NCBI GenBank assembly: GCA_002104945.1
Contig: MCFH01000002.1
Location: 682,001 to 746,000 of the forward strand
DNA: 64,000 bases
Source of the DNA: Piromyces finnis finn
Lineage: Eukaryota; Fungi; Neocallimastigomycota
Direction of reading: 5' to 3'
Part shown: positions 14,822-28,900 of the stretch, piece after piece
Layout of the letters: every line of letters starts with the position of its first letter
How positions within the stretch are numbered: position 1 is the first letter of the stretch
Program-made: the position numbers and the translations under genes
The notes under the pieces: model-generated
The model's database searches: none
The model's input: only the letters and a program-made list of their open reading frames with translations
Told to the model about the DNA's origin: nothing

Positions 14822-15536
14822 AACACCATAAACACTCATTACCTATAAACCTTTTTTTATTTATTTATTTATTTATTATTATTATCATCAATACTATTAT
14901 TATTTTATTAAATAATAATAGTAATAGAAAAGGTAAAAAATTTTTTTTTTTAAATTATATAATGATTTACCTTTGAATATAATAATATTTAATCCAAAAA
15001 AAAAAAAAAGTCAAATTATAAATTGAACCTAACCCGAAAATTAAATAAAATAAAAAAAATATATTAGAAAAGAAAAATAAAGTCACACCTCAATCGTCAA
15101 CTTATACGAATACTTTCTAATAAATATTATATTTGAATAAAATATCTATATTAAAAAAAAAAAAAAAATACTATCCATAATCCCATTTTTATTTAATAAA
15201 ATAAAATAAAAATAAAAAAATTTTTTATAAAACTTCATTATTACTATTTTTATTATTGATAATTGATATTACTTTTGAAATGAATAAGAAATGGATTAAT
15301 TTAATATTTACTTTTTAAACATAAATAAATAAATTATAATAATAATAATATTATTATTAAAATAAAAAACATATTTAAAGTAAAGGTTTTATTTTTTAAT
15401 AATTAAATATTATTGAAGATATAAACCATTTTTAACCAATACAAAATTCAAATTTAAAATAATATTTTTTGAATAAAAAAAATTTTTTTTTTTTTTTTCC
15501 TTCACCTACTTTTTTTTACACACACTTTAATATTTG

Positions 15537-15640
<104 letters not shown>

Positions 15641-16038
15641 TGAATATTTCATTTTTTTTTTTTATTTTTTTTTTGGTATTTTTTTAAATTCATTTTTGGA
15701 ATATATTATGTATTTTATATAAATTTTATTCATTGTGAGCGAATGGAGTAATAAAAAAAAAAGAGAAGGGGGTAAAAGAAAAAAAAAAAAAAACTAATTA
15801 CAAAAATAAAAATATAAAGTAAAAAATTAATTACAAAAATTGAAAATGATATAAAATATTGAAAATGAGTTGATGAATTTTTAAATACTATAATTCATAA
15901 AAATTTATCCTTTTTTATATTATTATGTATATATATATATATATATGTTTTTTTTTTTTTTTGCATAGTTAAAACTTTTGTTATAATTTATATATTCCCT
16001 ATATATATTTTTAATTTTAGTGAAATTTAATCCATGAT

Positions 16039-18128
16039 TTAACGATCGATTCTAGCGATTTCTCTATTACATACGGGACAATAATGAATAACATCCTTTA
16101 TATCATCAATTAATAATGGGATACAGAAACAACAACAACAGAAAATGAATAATAGAATAGTTAAGATCCATACAAGAGAATTATTTTCATATTTAATTAC
16201 TGTTACAATATTTTCATTACAGTAGGGACAACGCATTTGAACCGGGTTTCTTGATACAACAGATGGCATCATCATAGTAGTACTACAGGAAATAAATTTT
16301 ATAAGCAAAAAAAAAAAATAAATAAATAAATGAATAATATATATATTATTATTATATATTATAAAATATATATATTAATATTATTATTAATTATATATAT
16401 TATATATATATATAATTAAAAAATTATTGAATTTTTTTAACTCAGAATAATAAAATATATGAATAAATGATACTATAATAAAAAAAAAAAAATAAAACTT
16501 CCTCGATTACTTACAAAGCATTTGGATCCTTTATAAGATAAATTAATATTATTATTAGATTGATTTATTGATAAATGATTTTATGATTAAGAATTAATTT
16601 ATTTTTTAAATTAAAAAGATATAAACTTCTTTTATATAAAGCTTTTAATATTACGAAAAAAAAATACTTACATTTGTATTTACGGTAATCGAATATTGAC
16701 CTTGAGTATTAAATAATTGAGCTTGGGATGGGTTTTGTAATAACACTTGGTTTTGGAATGGATAGCCTGGATTTGGTTGAGCCATTGGGGATATTTGTGA
16801 CATTTGAGGTTGAGTTGGAGTAGGATGAATTTGAGGTTGTTTATTTTGATCCATTTTTTTTGGTAGATTTGATTGTTGAGTAGAATATTGATTTTGTATA
16901 TTATCTTGTAATAAAGGTTCTTCTGATTCTTGAACTGGTTTTTGTTTTTGTTCCGAAATTGGTTTATGAGGTTTTAATACGGATGATTTTTTTTTTAATA
17001 ATGGAGCAGTAGAAACCTTGGTGGTTTTTTTTATTTCAACTGTTGAGACTTCCGAAACTAATTCACCTTTAGCCTTACTAACTTTTTATTTATTTTATAA
17101 AGAATTTTTATATATAATTATAATCATATTTATTATTACTATTATTATTATTATTATTATTATTAATATTATTTTATATATTAAAAAAAATTAAATAATA
17201 AATACTTTTCTTTTTAGGAGAACCTTTATATATGCATCAAATATAAGATTAATTTAAATTAAAAAGAAAAATATCAAAATAGATTAAATAAAGTTAATAT
17301 ATATTTAATGTTTTCAATGTTTTATATTTTTTTAATAAAAAAAAAATAAATAAAAAAGATATTTTAAATACTAAATCATATAAACTTTTTTATGTCTATT
17401 TTTAATTATATATTAATTATTCCTTTATTTTTAATGATATTTTTATATTATTATTAGATTATTAAAAAATTTAAACTTTATATATCATAAAATTTTCCTA
17501 TGAATCAGTATAAATTTTATATAATTTTTGTTCTAAAAAATATAAATTCATAATGAAACATCAACCACCGATAACTTTTTATTATTACTACTACTACTAC
17601 TACTATTACTAATGGTTTTTTCTTACAATATTAAGCAATCTCTAAAATATTATATTTTTAATTAAATGATATAACAAGTTTGCTATCTTAATATAGTCCT
17701 TTATTCTTGAATTATACTATTAATCATCTAAAAAATTAAATTTGAATATTCATTAATTGAAGTAAAATAATCTCGTAAAACTCGTAAAATCGAGTATGAT
17801 TGTGGTAATATTAACCATAAATGAAAAGATGGTTGTAATATTTTATTATTATTGTTAAATTTTTTTTTTAATTTATATATTTATTTTTATCATTATTGTT
17901 ACATTTATTACAATAATTACTATTTTCTCTTTAATCATTCAATAAAATATATTTTGAAGAAAATAAATTGAATAGCTATAAAGCTATTCATTATATTTTA
18001 TAAATATACATTTTTTAATTTTTAATTCTTCCAGATTAAAAAAAAAAAAATTTAGTATATAGTTATTTTTAAACATCTGTTTTTTTTTTAACAAATTCTA
18101 AATTGTATTCACCTGATGGAGTTCTCAT
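16039..18128 (-). CDS. LITAF-like zinc-ribbon membrane-associated protein with a Pro/Gln-rich N-terminus
   Basis: The last exon encodes CPYC...hydrophobic Cys-rich segment...DVIHYCPVC, the LITAF signature. Upstream exons near 16514-16527, 16674-17081, 17206-17223 and 18113-18128 join in phase. The 5' start is less certain. Confidence 0.8.
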
Positions 18129-20116
18129 TTTTCTTTCTCCCGCCGTTTTGATTATTTAAAAAAAAAAAAATAAAGATTTAATTTGATGTTGAACTTTTAT
18201 AATTTTTCAATTTTTTCTTTTCTTTTTTTTTTTGATATATTGAATTTATTTTTCAATTCCTTCTTTCTTTTTGTATTTTTTATAACTTAATTATATATCT
18301 ATCTAATCAAAATGATGTTTCGGATATATATAATATACTATTAATAGTTGATGATTATTTATTTTATTTATTATTGTTGTTGTTGTTGTTGTGTCCTATT
18401 ACTATTTCAATGCTATTTCTAAGAAAAAAGGGAAAGAAGTCGAATTAAAAAATAAATAAAAAAAAAAGAAAACAAAATATTTTAATCTATATATAAAGAA
18501 AGTTTAATGGGTTTTTTTTTTCTTTTTTTTTAATTATAAAATAAATTAGTTATACTTTTTATTAAATAAGATTTTTAAATATTTTTCAAATGCTTTTTTA
18601 AAAAATTTAATCAAACTTTTTTTGATAAATCATTAAAATTAATATATAGTCATATATAATATATATATATATATTTTTTTTTTTAATATCTTTTTTATCT
18701 TATATATATATAAATAAAAAAAAGAATATTAGGAATATAAAATACTTTACTTTTTTATTTTTCTTTTGTTTTTGTCTATTTCAATAGCGTTACTGTTCTT
18801 TTTTTTTCTTATTATTATTAAAAAAGGCTATAGAATTGTTTCATTATATAATACTAGTTGAACTTTTCCATCATTTGATATATATATATATATAAAGGAA
18901 AAAGTATATTATTTTATTATTTAATTTATTTTATAACTTCATTATCAATAATATATATTATATATATGTTCCTTTTTTTTTTTTTTTTTTTTATTTTTTG
19001 ATTAAATATAAATTTATAATTTTTATACATAAATTAGAAACATTCAAAGTTTAAATACTTAATAATAATAATATAAACTATTACAATTAAGATTTATCCA
19101 ATAAATCTTATTTCTATATGGTATAAAAATATACCTAATAACAATATAACAATTCTTTTTCTTCTTGAAATTACCTCACATCCATTTAAAATAGTAAATC
19201 GAAAAAAAAAAAGATATATATAATACATATATATTTTAATTTTTATTTATTTAATTTTCTTATTGATCTTTCTATTATTTAATGATAAATGAAATAATTT
19301 ACAATAATAAAAGGCCTAGATCATAAAATATATTAATATTTTAATATATAAATCTTTATATATTTAAAAAGTATTTTTAACATATCTATAATAATTTTTA
19401 CATTTCAATATTAATATTTAGGGTATTGAAAAGTAGCTCTACTTAATAGCATCAAAGTTTAATATTTTCCTAAATAATTAATTGAATCTCTAAAAAATAA
19501 AAATAGAAATAAAATAATTTTTTTAAAGATAACTTTATATAGTTTTTCAAATATTTTATTTTCACAACTTTATTATTATAAATGTTAAAGATTTATAATT
19601 TTTTTCTTTATATTTTTCATACAAAATTTTTATTAAAAGTAATAGTTAAAATAAGATTAAATGCAATACTTTAATTTTTTTTTAAAAAACATTTAGTATT
19701 ATATATTTTTTTTTTCTTATTAATTACATGTATCAAAGATATAATCCATTAATTATATACATATGCTTTTTTTTAGCATAAGAAAATATTATTTATTATT
19801 GACGTTACTATTGCTGTTAATAATAATGTTTATAGGAACTATGGTTAAACCCTATAAAAAATTTATGATTTATAGATTCTTTTTTATATAATATATTTTA
19901 TATCTATTTTGTGTTCTAAACTTTTTTTTATATTATTCATAATAAATGTGACTATATTAGTTAATATTAAAAAAAAAAACGTTTTTCACCTTAATTGTAT
20001 GTACTTACATTAAATTTTATTTAGCATAATTTATATAATTTATTAATAAAAAAAAAATAAAATAAAAACATTTTTTTTTAATTATTAAAGTTTATATAAA
20101 AGTGAACAACATAATT

Positions 20117-20148
20117 CTATAGTCAACTGCTCTACCAACCAACTGAAG
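20117..20148 (-). pseudogene. Possible degenerate tRNA 5'-half fragment (D-arm plus anticodon stem, Tyr-like)
   Basis: The minus strand reads CTTCAGTTGGTTGGTAGAGCAGTTGACTATAG, like the CAGTTGGTAGAGC A-box followed by an anticodon stem. There is no T-arm (GGTTCGA) and no acceptor stem. Confidence 0.3.
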
Positions 20149-22123
20149 TAAACAATAATCATTATTACAGTTTATTTTTTTTATTTTATGTATGTATAAT
20201 TCTGATTTATAACATTTTAATACTTTATAACAAGGATAGAGAAAAATAGTTATTAAAGCAAATAAATATTTTTTCAAATTGTAAATAGAGTTATTAATAA
20301 TTAAAGTTATCCTCAAGTTATTTTAATAAAAAAAGTAAATGGACAAATATTACCTTTTAAAATTACATTTTATTTGTTTCACCATTATTATGATGTAAAA
20401 AAAAAAAGAGGACAAGTATAGATTTATATTCCTAATATTAAGCATAATCCTTTATGTTTTACAAATATAAAGTAATGTATTCAATTATTTAACCTGTTCA
20501 CTCTGTTCTGTTCATCCTTGTATTATTAATAAAACTATTTAAATCTGTTACATTTAATCATATCCTTTGAAGTATTTAAAATTGAAAATAAAATATAAAA
20601 CTAACCTTTAAAATGTTTTTTTTTTATCCTGACATTTTAGGAAGCAGAAAAAAAAAACTCCTTAAAATTACCATAAATGTCTTTTTTTTTTTTTTCATTT
20701 AATTTTTTAATTTATTTTTTTTTAATTTTATTTTTTTGTTTTATGTAATTAATATTTAAATAAATAATCCACAATTTAAATTGAAATTAGTTTTTCGTAT
20801 ATTACAATATATTCTATTAAATGATATAAATAAATATAAATTAAATCAGTTGTAGTAAAATTTAATTAAAATTTCAATTAAATTTTGTATTACCCAACTT
20901 GTGTAATATATTACAATATAATCTTTTTAAATGTTTTAATTTATATTTAGTTTTAATTATTTATATAAAAAAGTGTACTTTTAATGGGAAGGAAGGAACA
21001 ACTTTTTAGTAAAGGGAACACTTTTCTAGTATATACAAAGAGTCCTAAAGCGACAGTTATAAACTGTTATAAATGAATTTGAAACATTCTTTAATAGATA
21101 AATAGGATATCAAAGAGGTAAATATAAATTCTTTTTCAATAAAAATTAATCATTCCTATAATATAATGGTTAGGCTGATATTTAGTTTTTAGAATTAATG
21201 ATGGATTATTTTTTATTTATCTTTGATTTGTAAATTATTTTATGACATAAGAAGGTCTGATAATGTAGAAAAAAAGATGTAAAAAAATAGAAAGGGCGTA
21301 TGTAGAGTGTTGCTATTAAAAATGGATCATTTAACTTTAAAAACATGTATAATTAAAAGAGAGTTTAGCATTAAAATTAAAAAGTAGATTCTATTCTACT
21401 TAAAAGAGTGAGTAAGCATGTTTTTTTTAAGTGTGTATTAAAATAGATAGGTGGTGGTTTTATACCATTCTTTCTATTTTATGTCTTTTTTTTTTATAAA
21501 TATATTAATGATTATATTTCAATATACCGAAAAAACAACAATTAATATTTAAATTAAATGATGGATTTTCTTTCATTCTTTTTAATTTAAAAAGTGTAAT
21601 AAATATTAATTTATATCAATTTAAATGAATATATTAAATCTTTATTATATTTAATTAAAATTTTAAATTATATTGAAGAATGTATGTATGTAAAATTAAC
21701 AAAGTATATTCTTAATAAATAAATAAAAACATATATATATAAATAAAAACATATATATAATTAAATAAATATATAAATAAATTTATAAATATGTAAATAA
21801 ATTTATATATATATTTTAAGCAGTAAATTCATATAATTTAAAAAAAGTTTTTAACTGTATTTTTTTTTTTTCTTTGAAATTTTAAAATATTTTACGTTCT
21901 ATCAAGAGGAATCTAAAATTAAAAAAAATAAGTAAAAAATTACAAAGATATAATATAAAAATTAGTAGATTAAAAGTAAGCCAATGTTTTTTTTTTAAAG
22001 AATAAATGAATTAAATTTTTTTATTTTTTTTTTACTATATAACTCTATTTCATTTGAACAAATATGTATTTTTTTTAAACAATTATAAATATATATAATT
22101 CTTGAAATTTATATCATATAAAC

Positions 22124-22154
<31 letters not shown>

Positions 22155-22555
22155 ATTATAATAAAAACTTTTTGAATATTGAACTAATAATTTAAACATT
22201 TTTATTTATTTGAATTTATAGAATATCTATCTTTATAAACAGGATTGTGATAAATAATTTTTATCAGTAAATGAAAGCAATATTTATTTAAAAAAAATAC
22301 ATTAGATTTTGATAAAAAACCAAACTATAAACTATAACTATAAACCATCATATTATAAATAATATCATTTAAGGATATTTTTTTATAACAATAATTATAA
22401 TAAACAATAACTTAATATCAATTTTGAAAATCAATAAAATAATTGTTTATTATTTATCATATAGAAAAATATACAATAAAAAAAATATCGATAATTTATT
22501 TAACTTTAAATACAGTTTTTTAAAGAGCAATAGAAATATATAAAATTTTTTAATT

Positions 22556-22589
<34 letters not shown>

Positions 22590-22956
22590 TTTTAAAAGTA
22601 TCTATTATTTATTATAGGTAAATTAGAATAATTTAATATATTGAAAAATAAAAATATAATATTTCATATATTAAAATTTATACTCTATATAACAATAAAG
22701 AAAATAAGAAAAAAGTTTAATACTCAAAAATAGTTGAAACGAAAACAACTTTATACGCAAAAGTATCATTCTTTTAAAATAAATATAGTATGTACAAATG
22801 TCAAGAATTGATTATTATTATTATTATTTTATAAATATTATATAAAATTATATATGAATATAGATAAAAATTATTTTTTTTTAATATTAATGATTTATAT
22901 TTATAGAAATAATAACACAGGATTTAATACTTTAGATACATATAAATATATACAAA

Positions 22957-25900
22957 ATGGTAAATTACTCTTCAAATAATAGAAAGTCAAATGACTACTG
23001 GAATTCTCAAAAGAGCATTAATCAAAATAATAAAATCACAAATTTAAAACTTTCAGGTTCAGTTGTTACTCAAAAGAAAGATGATGTCGTTACCAAGGTA
23101 AGAATGTCAAAAAAGGAAGAAATATCTATAAAATAATAATTATTATAATAGATATTGGTCATTTATATAACATTTTCTTTTATTTATTTTCATACCGTTG
23201 TATTTATATAAAATAAAAATTATGTCTGATTTTGAAAATTTCAAAGTCCATCGATTTATCTCTTCATTCATATTTAGGTTTAAATCAAAATAAGCAATTA
23301 AAATTAATTACTTCTCAAGTTATTAATGAATTTGGTTGTGGTATTTTTAGAGGATTAACAACATATCATAAGAAAACTGAAGATATTTTAAAGGCCATTT
23401 ATCAATTTCCAACATGCTATACGCTTTCTGGAGGTAAATTTTTCATTATATATAAATTTAAAAGAACGTCATTATAGAAGAGGAATATCAATAGTGATAA
23501 CAATAGGAATTTAATAATATAAAATATTGAAGGAAAATAATAATAATATGTGTTAAATGTTATTATTTATAAAGCTAAGATAGATTATTCAAAATCGAAT
23601 TGTGTTTAAATAATATGGTTTTTTTAAAATATTTTAGTATTGGGTAAAATACAAAAAAGTATAAAAGAGTAAAGTTTTTAAAATTAAGAATAGATGAATG
23701 AATAATATTATATAATATATATATAGACTATTTTATAACAAATAATATACACATGGAAATAAAGTTTTTTTTTCTTAATAATTTATGATACTAATAATTA
23801 TCATATTATATTTTTATATTCAATTTCAACAACAATTTACATAATATAAACCTTTTTTTTTTAATGAATAATTAGATGGAAATTCATTTGTTATTCCATT
23901 AATGGTTGGTAAAGGGGATGCTATTTTTGTTGATGTTGAAGCAAAGACTTCAATTAAAGATGGTTCAGAGTTATCAAATGCTACAGTCTATTACTATAGC
24001 CATAACGATCCAATTAGTCTTGAATCATGTCTTTTAAAGGCAAATCAAGAAGTACCAAATGGTAAAAAGCTTGTTGTTATTGAAGGTGTTTATAAAATAT
24101 CTGGTGATGTTGCTAAATTAAATGAATTTATTCCAATTGCCAAGAAATATGACGCTACTATTTTAGTAGATGAAAGCCATGCACTTGGTGTACTTGGTGC
24201 TAGAGGAAGAGGTTCATTAGAACAATTTAATGTTCGTGAGGGTGTTGATATTATTACTGGTTCATTAGAATATTCTCTTTGTTCTAATGGATCATATTTT
24301 CTTTTAAATAAACAATTAACTCAACAATTTAGTGGCTTTATCTCCATTAATGATACAATTACTCCATTAAGTGCTGCCATTGCTAGTACTACATTAGATA
24401 TTTTAAGACAAGATACTAAGATGATTGAACAATTAAAAAGTAATATTTCATGGTGGAGAACTAATTGTCAACAAAACGGTATTGAATTAATTGACAGCAC
24501 ATCATCAATTACTGCTATTAAAATTGATGACGAAAATGTTTTATTAAATCTTCAAAAAAGATTATTTGAAGAAGGATTAAATGTAATGGTTAGTACAAGT
24601 CCATATGGTTTATTAAAGTTCATACTCTCTGCTTCTTTAACTGAAGATCTTTTAGAAAAGGCTATGAATATTTTATTACATGTATTGTCTAATGAATTCC
24701 CTCAAATATTAAAGGCTATGCCACAAAAAATTATTTTAGATAGTAAAAATCCAACTGAAGAATCATCCATATTAGAAGATGTTCCAAGTACTGATCGTCT
24801 TAACCTTCCATTACCAAAAATCGCTATTATTGGTGTTGGCTGTCGTTTACCAGGTGATATATCAACAAAAGAAGACTTTTGGAACATGTTAGTTACCAAA
24901 CGTGTTGTTACTTCAGAAATTCCATCAGATCGTTGGGACCGTGAGGAATGGTTCAGTGAAGATCCTGTTCCAGGTACCATACAAACTAAGTGTGGTGGTT
25001 TCATTACCAATGCTTATGATTTTGATAACAAATATTTCTCTATTTCTCAAGCTGAAGCTTTTGAAATTACTCCAGAACAACGTTGGTTATGTGAACTTGC
25101 CGTTGAAACTATGGAAGATGCTAATATTCGCCCAGAAGAATTAAAAGGAAGTCAAACTGGTGTCTTTGTTGGTTCAGCAGGTATTGATTTTGGTGGTACA
25201 CAATTAGCTAATACTCTTCAAATGTCTGCTCATACTATGACTGGTTTAGAACCATCCATTTTCTCTAATCGTATTTCTTACATTTTTGATTTACATGGTC
25301 CATCAATTACTAGTAATACTGCTTGTTCTGCCTCTATGTCATCTTTATCTATGGCTTGTAATGCTATTGCTGTTGGTGATTGTGACAAGGCTTTTGTTGC
25401 TGGTTCAAACTTTTTACCAACTCCAGGTGGTTTTGTTGCCTTCTCTCAACTTAGAGTCGTTTCTAAAACCGGTTCTTGTAAGCCATTTGATGAAAAGGCT
25501 GATGGTTATGCTAGACTTGAAGGTGCTTGTATGCTTTTAATTAAGGATTATGAAAAGGCTGTTAGAGATAATGATAAGATTTATGCCACTATTATTAGTA
25601 GTGGTACTAATGAAGATGGTCGTACTTTATCTATTACTCTGCCATCTTCAGATGCCCAATGTGCCTTAATGCAATGGGTTTGTGAAAAGAGTAATATCAA
25701 GGCTGATACCATTGATTACGTTGAAGCCCATGGCACTGGTACTCCAACTGGTGATCCAATTGAAGCTAGATCTATCGGTAATGCATTTGGTAAAAAGGTT
25801 CGTTCTCCAAATAGTAAACCACTTCCAGTTGGTACTGTTAAAGGTAATGTTGGTCATGGTGAATTCTTAAGTGGCGCTATTGGTTTATTAAAGGTTTCTT

Positions 25901-28900
25901 TAATGCTTTTCAACAGACAATTGGTTCCAACTGCCGCTTTTGAAAAGTTAAATCCAAAAATTGATGTTGATGGTTTGGGTATTCGTGTTGCTGATAAAAA
26001 TGAACCATTAGTCAAGATTAATGGTAAGATTAATACTCCATTCCGTGCTGCTGTTAACTCTTTTGGTTTTGGTGGTGCTAATGCTAATGCTATTTTAGAA
26101 TCTGTTGATAAAATTGATGTCGAATCAGTTGATATTGTCAAGAGAGGCAATACCTTACCATTAATGGTTACTCTTACTGGTTTCAGTGCTAAGGCATTAG
26201 TTAGTGTTGTTAAGGAATACATGAAATTACCGGTAAAACAACTTTTACCAAAACTTTATTTAATGACAACTACAAGACAAATACATTCTCATCGTGTTAC
26301 CTTCTTATTAGATGATGCCAATGAATTTTATGAATTAGCTAATGCTTTTGTAAACAATCAACCACATCCAAAGGTTATTCATCATCTTGTTAAGGCCTCC
26401 CATAAGCAAGGTATTACTTTTGTTTTTAGAGGTATTAGTGAGTTAAAAACCAATTTAGGTTATAGCTTATACCAAAATAATAAAATGTTTGCTGATGTTG
26501 TTGACTATTGTGACAAGATTCTTGAGAAGATTAGCCAGGGCTACTCTGTTAAGAAAAACACCGGTCTTTTCTTAAAGGAAAACTTAGATGCTGCTACCCT
26601 TCAAAGTCCAAAGATTTCTGTTGTTGGTAGTGGTATGATCCAACTTGCTATGGCTCATCTTTTAAAGACCTATGGTATTGTTCCATCCTCTGTTGTTGGT
26701 TACAATACTGGTGAAATCGCTGCTGCTTATGCCACTGGTATTATTTCTTTAGAAGATGCCATTCTTATTTTATACCAATTTAGTAATATATTAGAAAAGG
26801 TCCCAGGTAAGGAAGATATCTATACCCTTGAACTTGGTTGTTCTGCTGAACAAGCTCAATCTAGCATAATTAATCAACTCTCTACTTCCGCTTATATTAC
26901 TGGTAATAATGCTAGCAATATTTGTACACTTTGTGGTAGTAGTGCTGCCTTAAACCAAGCTATTCAATTAGCTCAACAATCCAATATTCCAATTTTATCT
27001 AATTTAATTCCAGGATCATGTGGTATTTGTACTCCATTCCTTAACAATTTCAAGAATGAATTCCATGAAGCCTTAAAGGACATTGGTAGCCGCTGCAAAG
27101 CTCCAGCAACTCCATTTATCTCAACTACTTTAAGTCAACCATTCAATGGTCCATTAAATGAATATTATTGGTGGGCTAACTTTACTAGTACTGTTAACTT
27201 TAATGTTGCTCTTTCCCTTGCTATGAATGAACAACAAAAAGGTAGTGGATATATTTTAGATGTTGGCTGTGGTTATTCCAATGCTCTTTTCAACAATTAT
27301 CTTGCTTCATACGCCGAAGCTGATAAAATCTTTGCTACCCATGATGTAACTGGTGCCAACGATGCTCTTGCTTTCGTATATACTATTGCTAATCTTTTTG
27401 AAAGAAATGCTATTCCATTACCTTCAATGGATAAATTATGGGAAACTAGTGCCGATGTTATTGGTGTAGACGCTTTCAAAAAAATAAGAAGTGTTAACTT
27501 TATTTTACCACCACATGTCTGGGAACATAAGACTATTAAGAAGGCTTACAATAAGGAAATTTTCATTAGTTTAAAGAAGAATCAAGAACTTACTGAAAAA
27601 CAAAAGGAACAAGTTAGTTTAACTGGTGGTATCACTGTAGACCATGATAACAAGTACAATGTTGAAATTGAAAAGTTAAAAAAAGAAATTAATGAAATTT
27701 CTCAAAAAGAAGCTAAGAAGGCTCAAGAAGTTGCCAAGGAAAATGCTAAGAAAATTGAAGACATGAAAAAGCAATTTGAATTAGAAAAGGAACAAGAAAT
27801 CAAAAAGAGGGTTGATGAAGAAAAAAAGATTATTTTAAAGGAAGCTAGGGGTTATATTACTAATGAAATGACAAAGTTAAGAAAGAGCGCTGCTAATTCT
27901 AGAACTGCTTCACCATTACCAGTTAAGACTCCAGCCGAAAAGATTCCAGCTGCTCCAGCTGTTATGCATTACTCTGGTAATAATGAATCATGGAATTATG
28001 AAAATCATAAATATTTAGTAGACCATGTTGTTGGAAAGGATGTTGTCTTCCCAGCTGCTGGTAGTGTTAGTCGTGCAATGTATGGTTTCAAACAAAGTAG
28101 AGGTGAATATAACTTTGATAACACTCGTAACATTGTCTTTGAAAATCTTGAATTCTTAAACTTGGCTGTCTTCCAAAAGTCTGCTCAAGAACAATTAAAT
28201 AAAAAGGGACCAATTCCACTTTCTCTTGTTGAAGAAGGTGAAGGAAAGTTCAGTATTGTTCAAAAGAATGGTATTCCAGTAAGTAAGGGTCAATTCTATG
28301 AGCCACAACTTACTCAAAGTAAGGAAGAAAACGCTAACTTATTAGATGATGTTCCACCATTTGAAGAATTTGTTAACAGATGTTCTACCAAGGTTGGTGG
28401 TAATGGGGTTACTGCTGCTCAATTATACAAAAGAACTGATGCTTTAGGTCTTATGTACGGTCCAAACTTCCAACTTGTTCAAAATGGAAGAGCCGGTGAT
28501 AATGTTGGTTATGCTCGTATTGAGGTCGATGAAGAAAAGTCTAAATTAATTTGCCATCCAGCTGTTCTTGATGCATGCTTCCATTCTATTATTGGAACAG
28601 GTATTGCTAATGGTGACCGTCAACCATTACCAAACAAGATTAAAAAATTCATTATGGGTCGCGGTGGTTATTTCCCACAAGGTACAATTATTTGTGCTGC
28701 TGATATTATTAAACACGATTTAAAGAATGTTGTTGTCAATATATACATTTATGATGAAGAAAAGAAACCAATTGCCAAGATAGAAGAAATGGACATGATC
28801 ATCCGCCAACTTAATGTATTAAATAATAAAAGATGGATTAAGTATATGGGTGAAGAAGTTTTGGCCTCATCTCAACAAGATTTATTACCACTTCAAAATA

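Noticed and set aside
20847-20899. Imperfect inverted repeat (AGTTG...AAAATTTAATT / AATTAAATTTT...CAACT) as a possible MITE or hairpin
   Set aside because: The arms are almost all A/T and there is no target-site duplication; this is a likely chance match at this composition.
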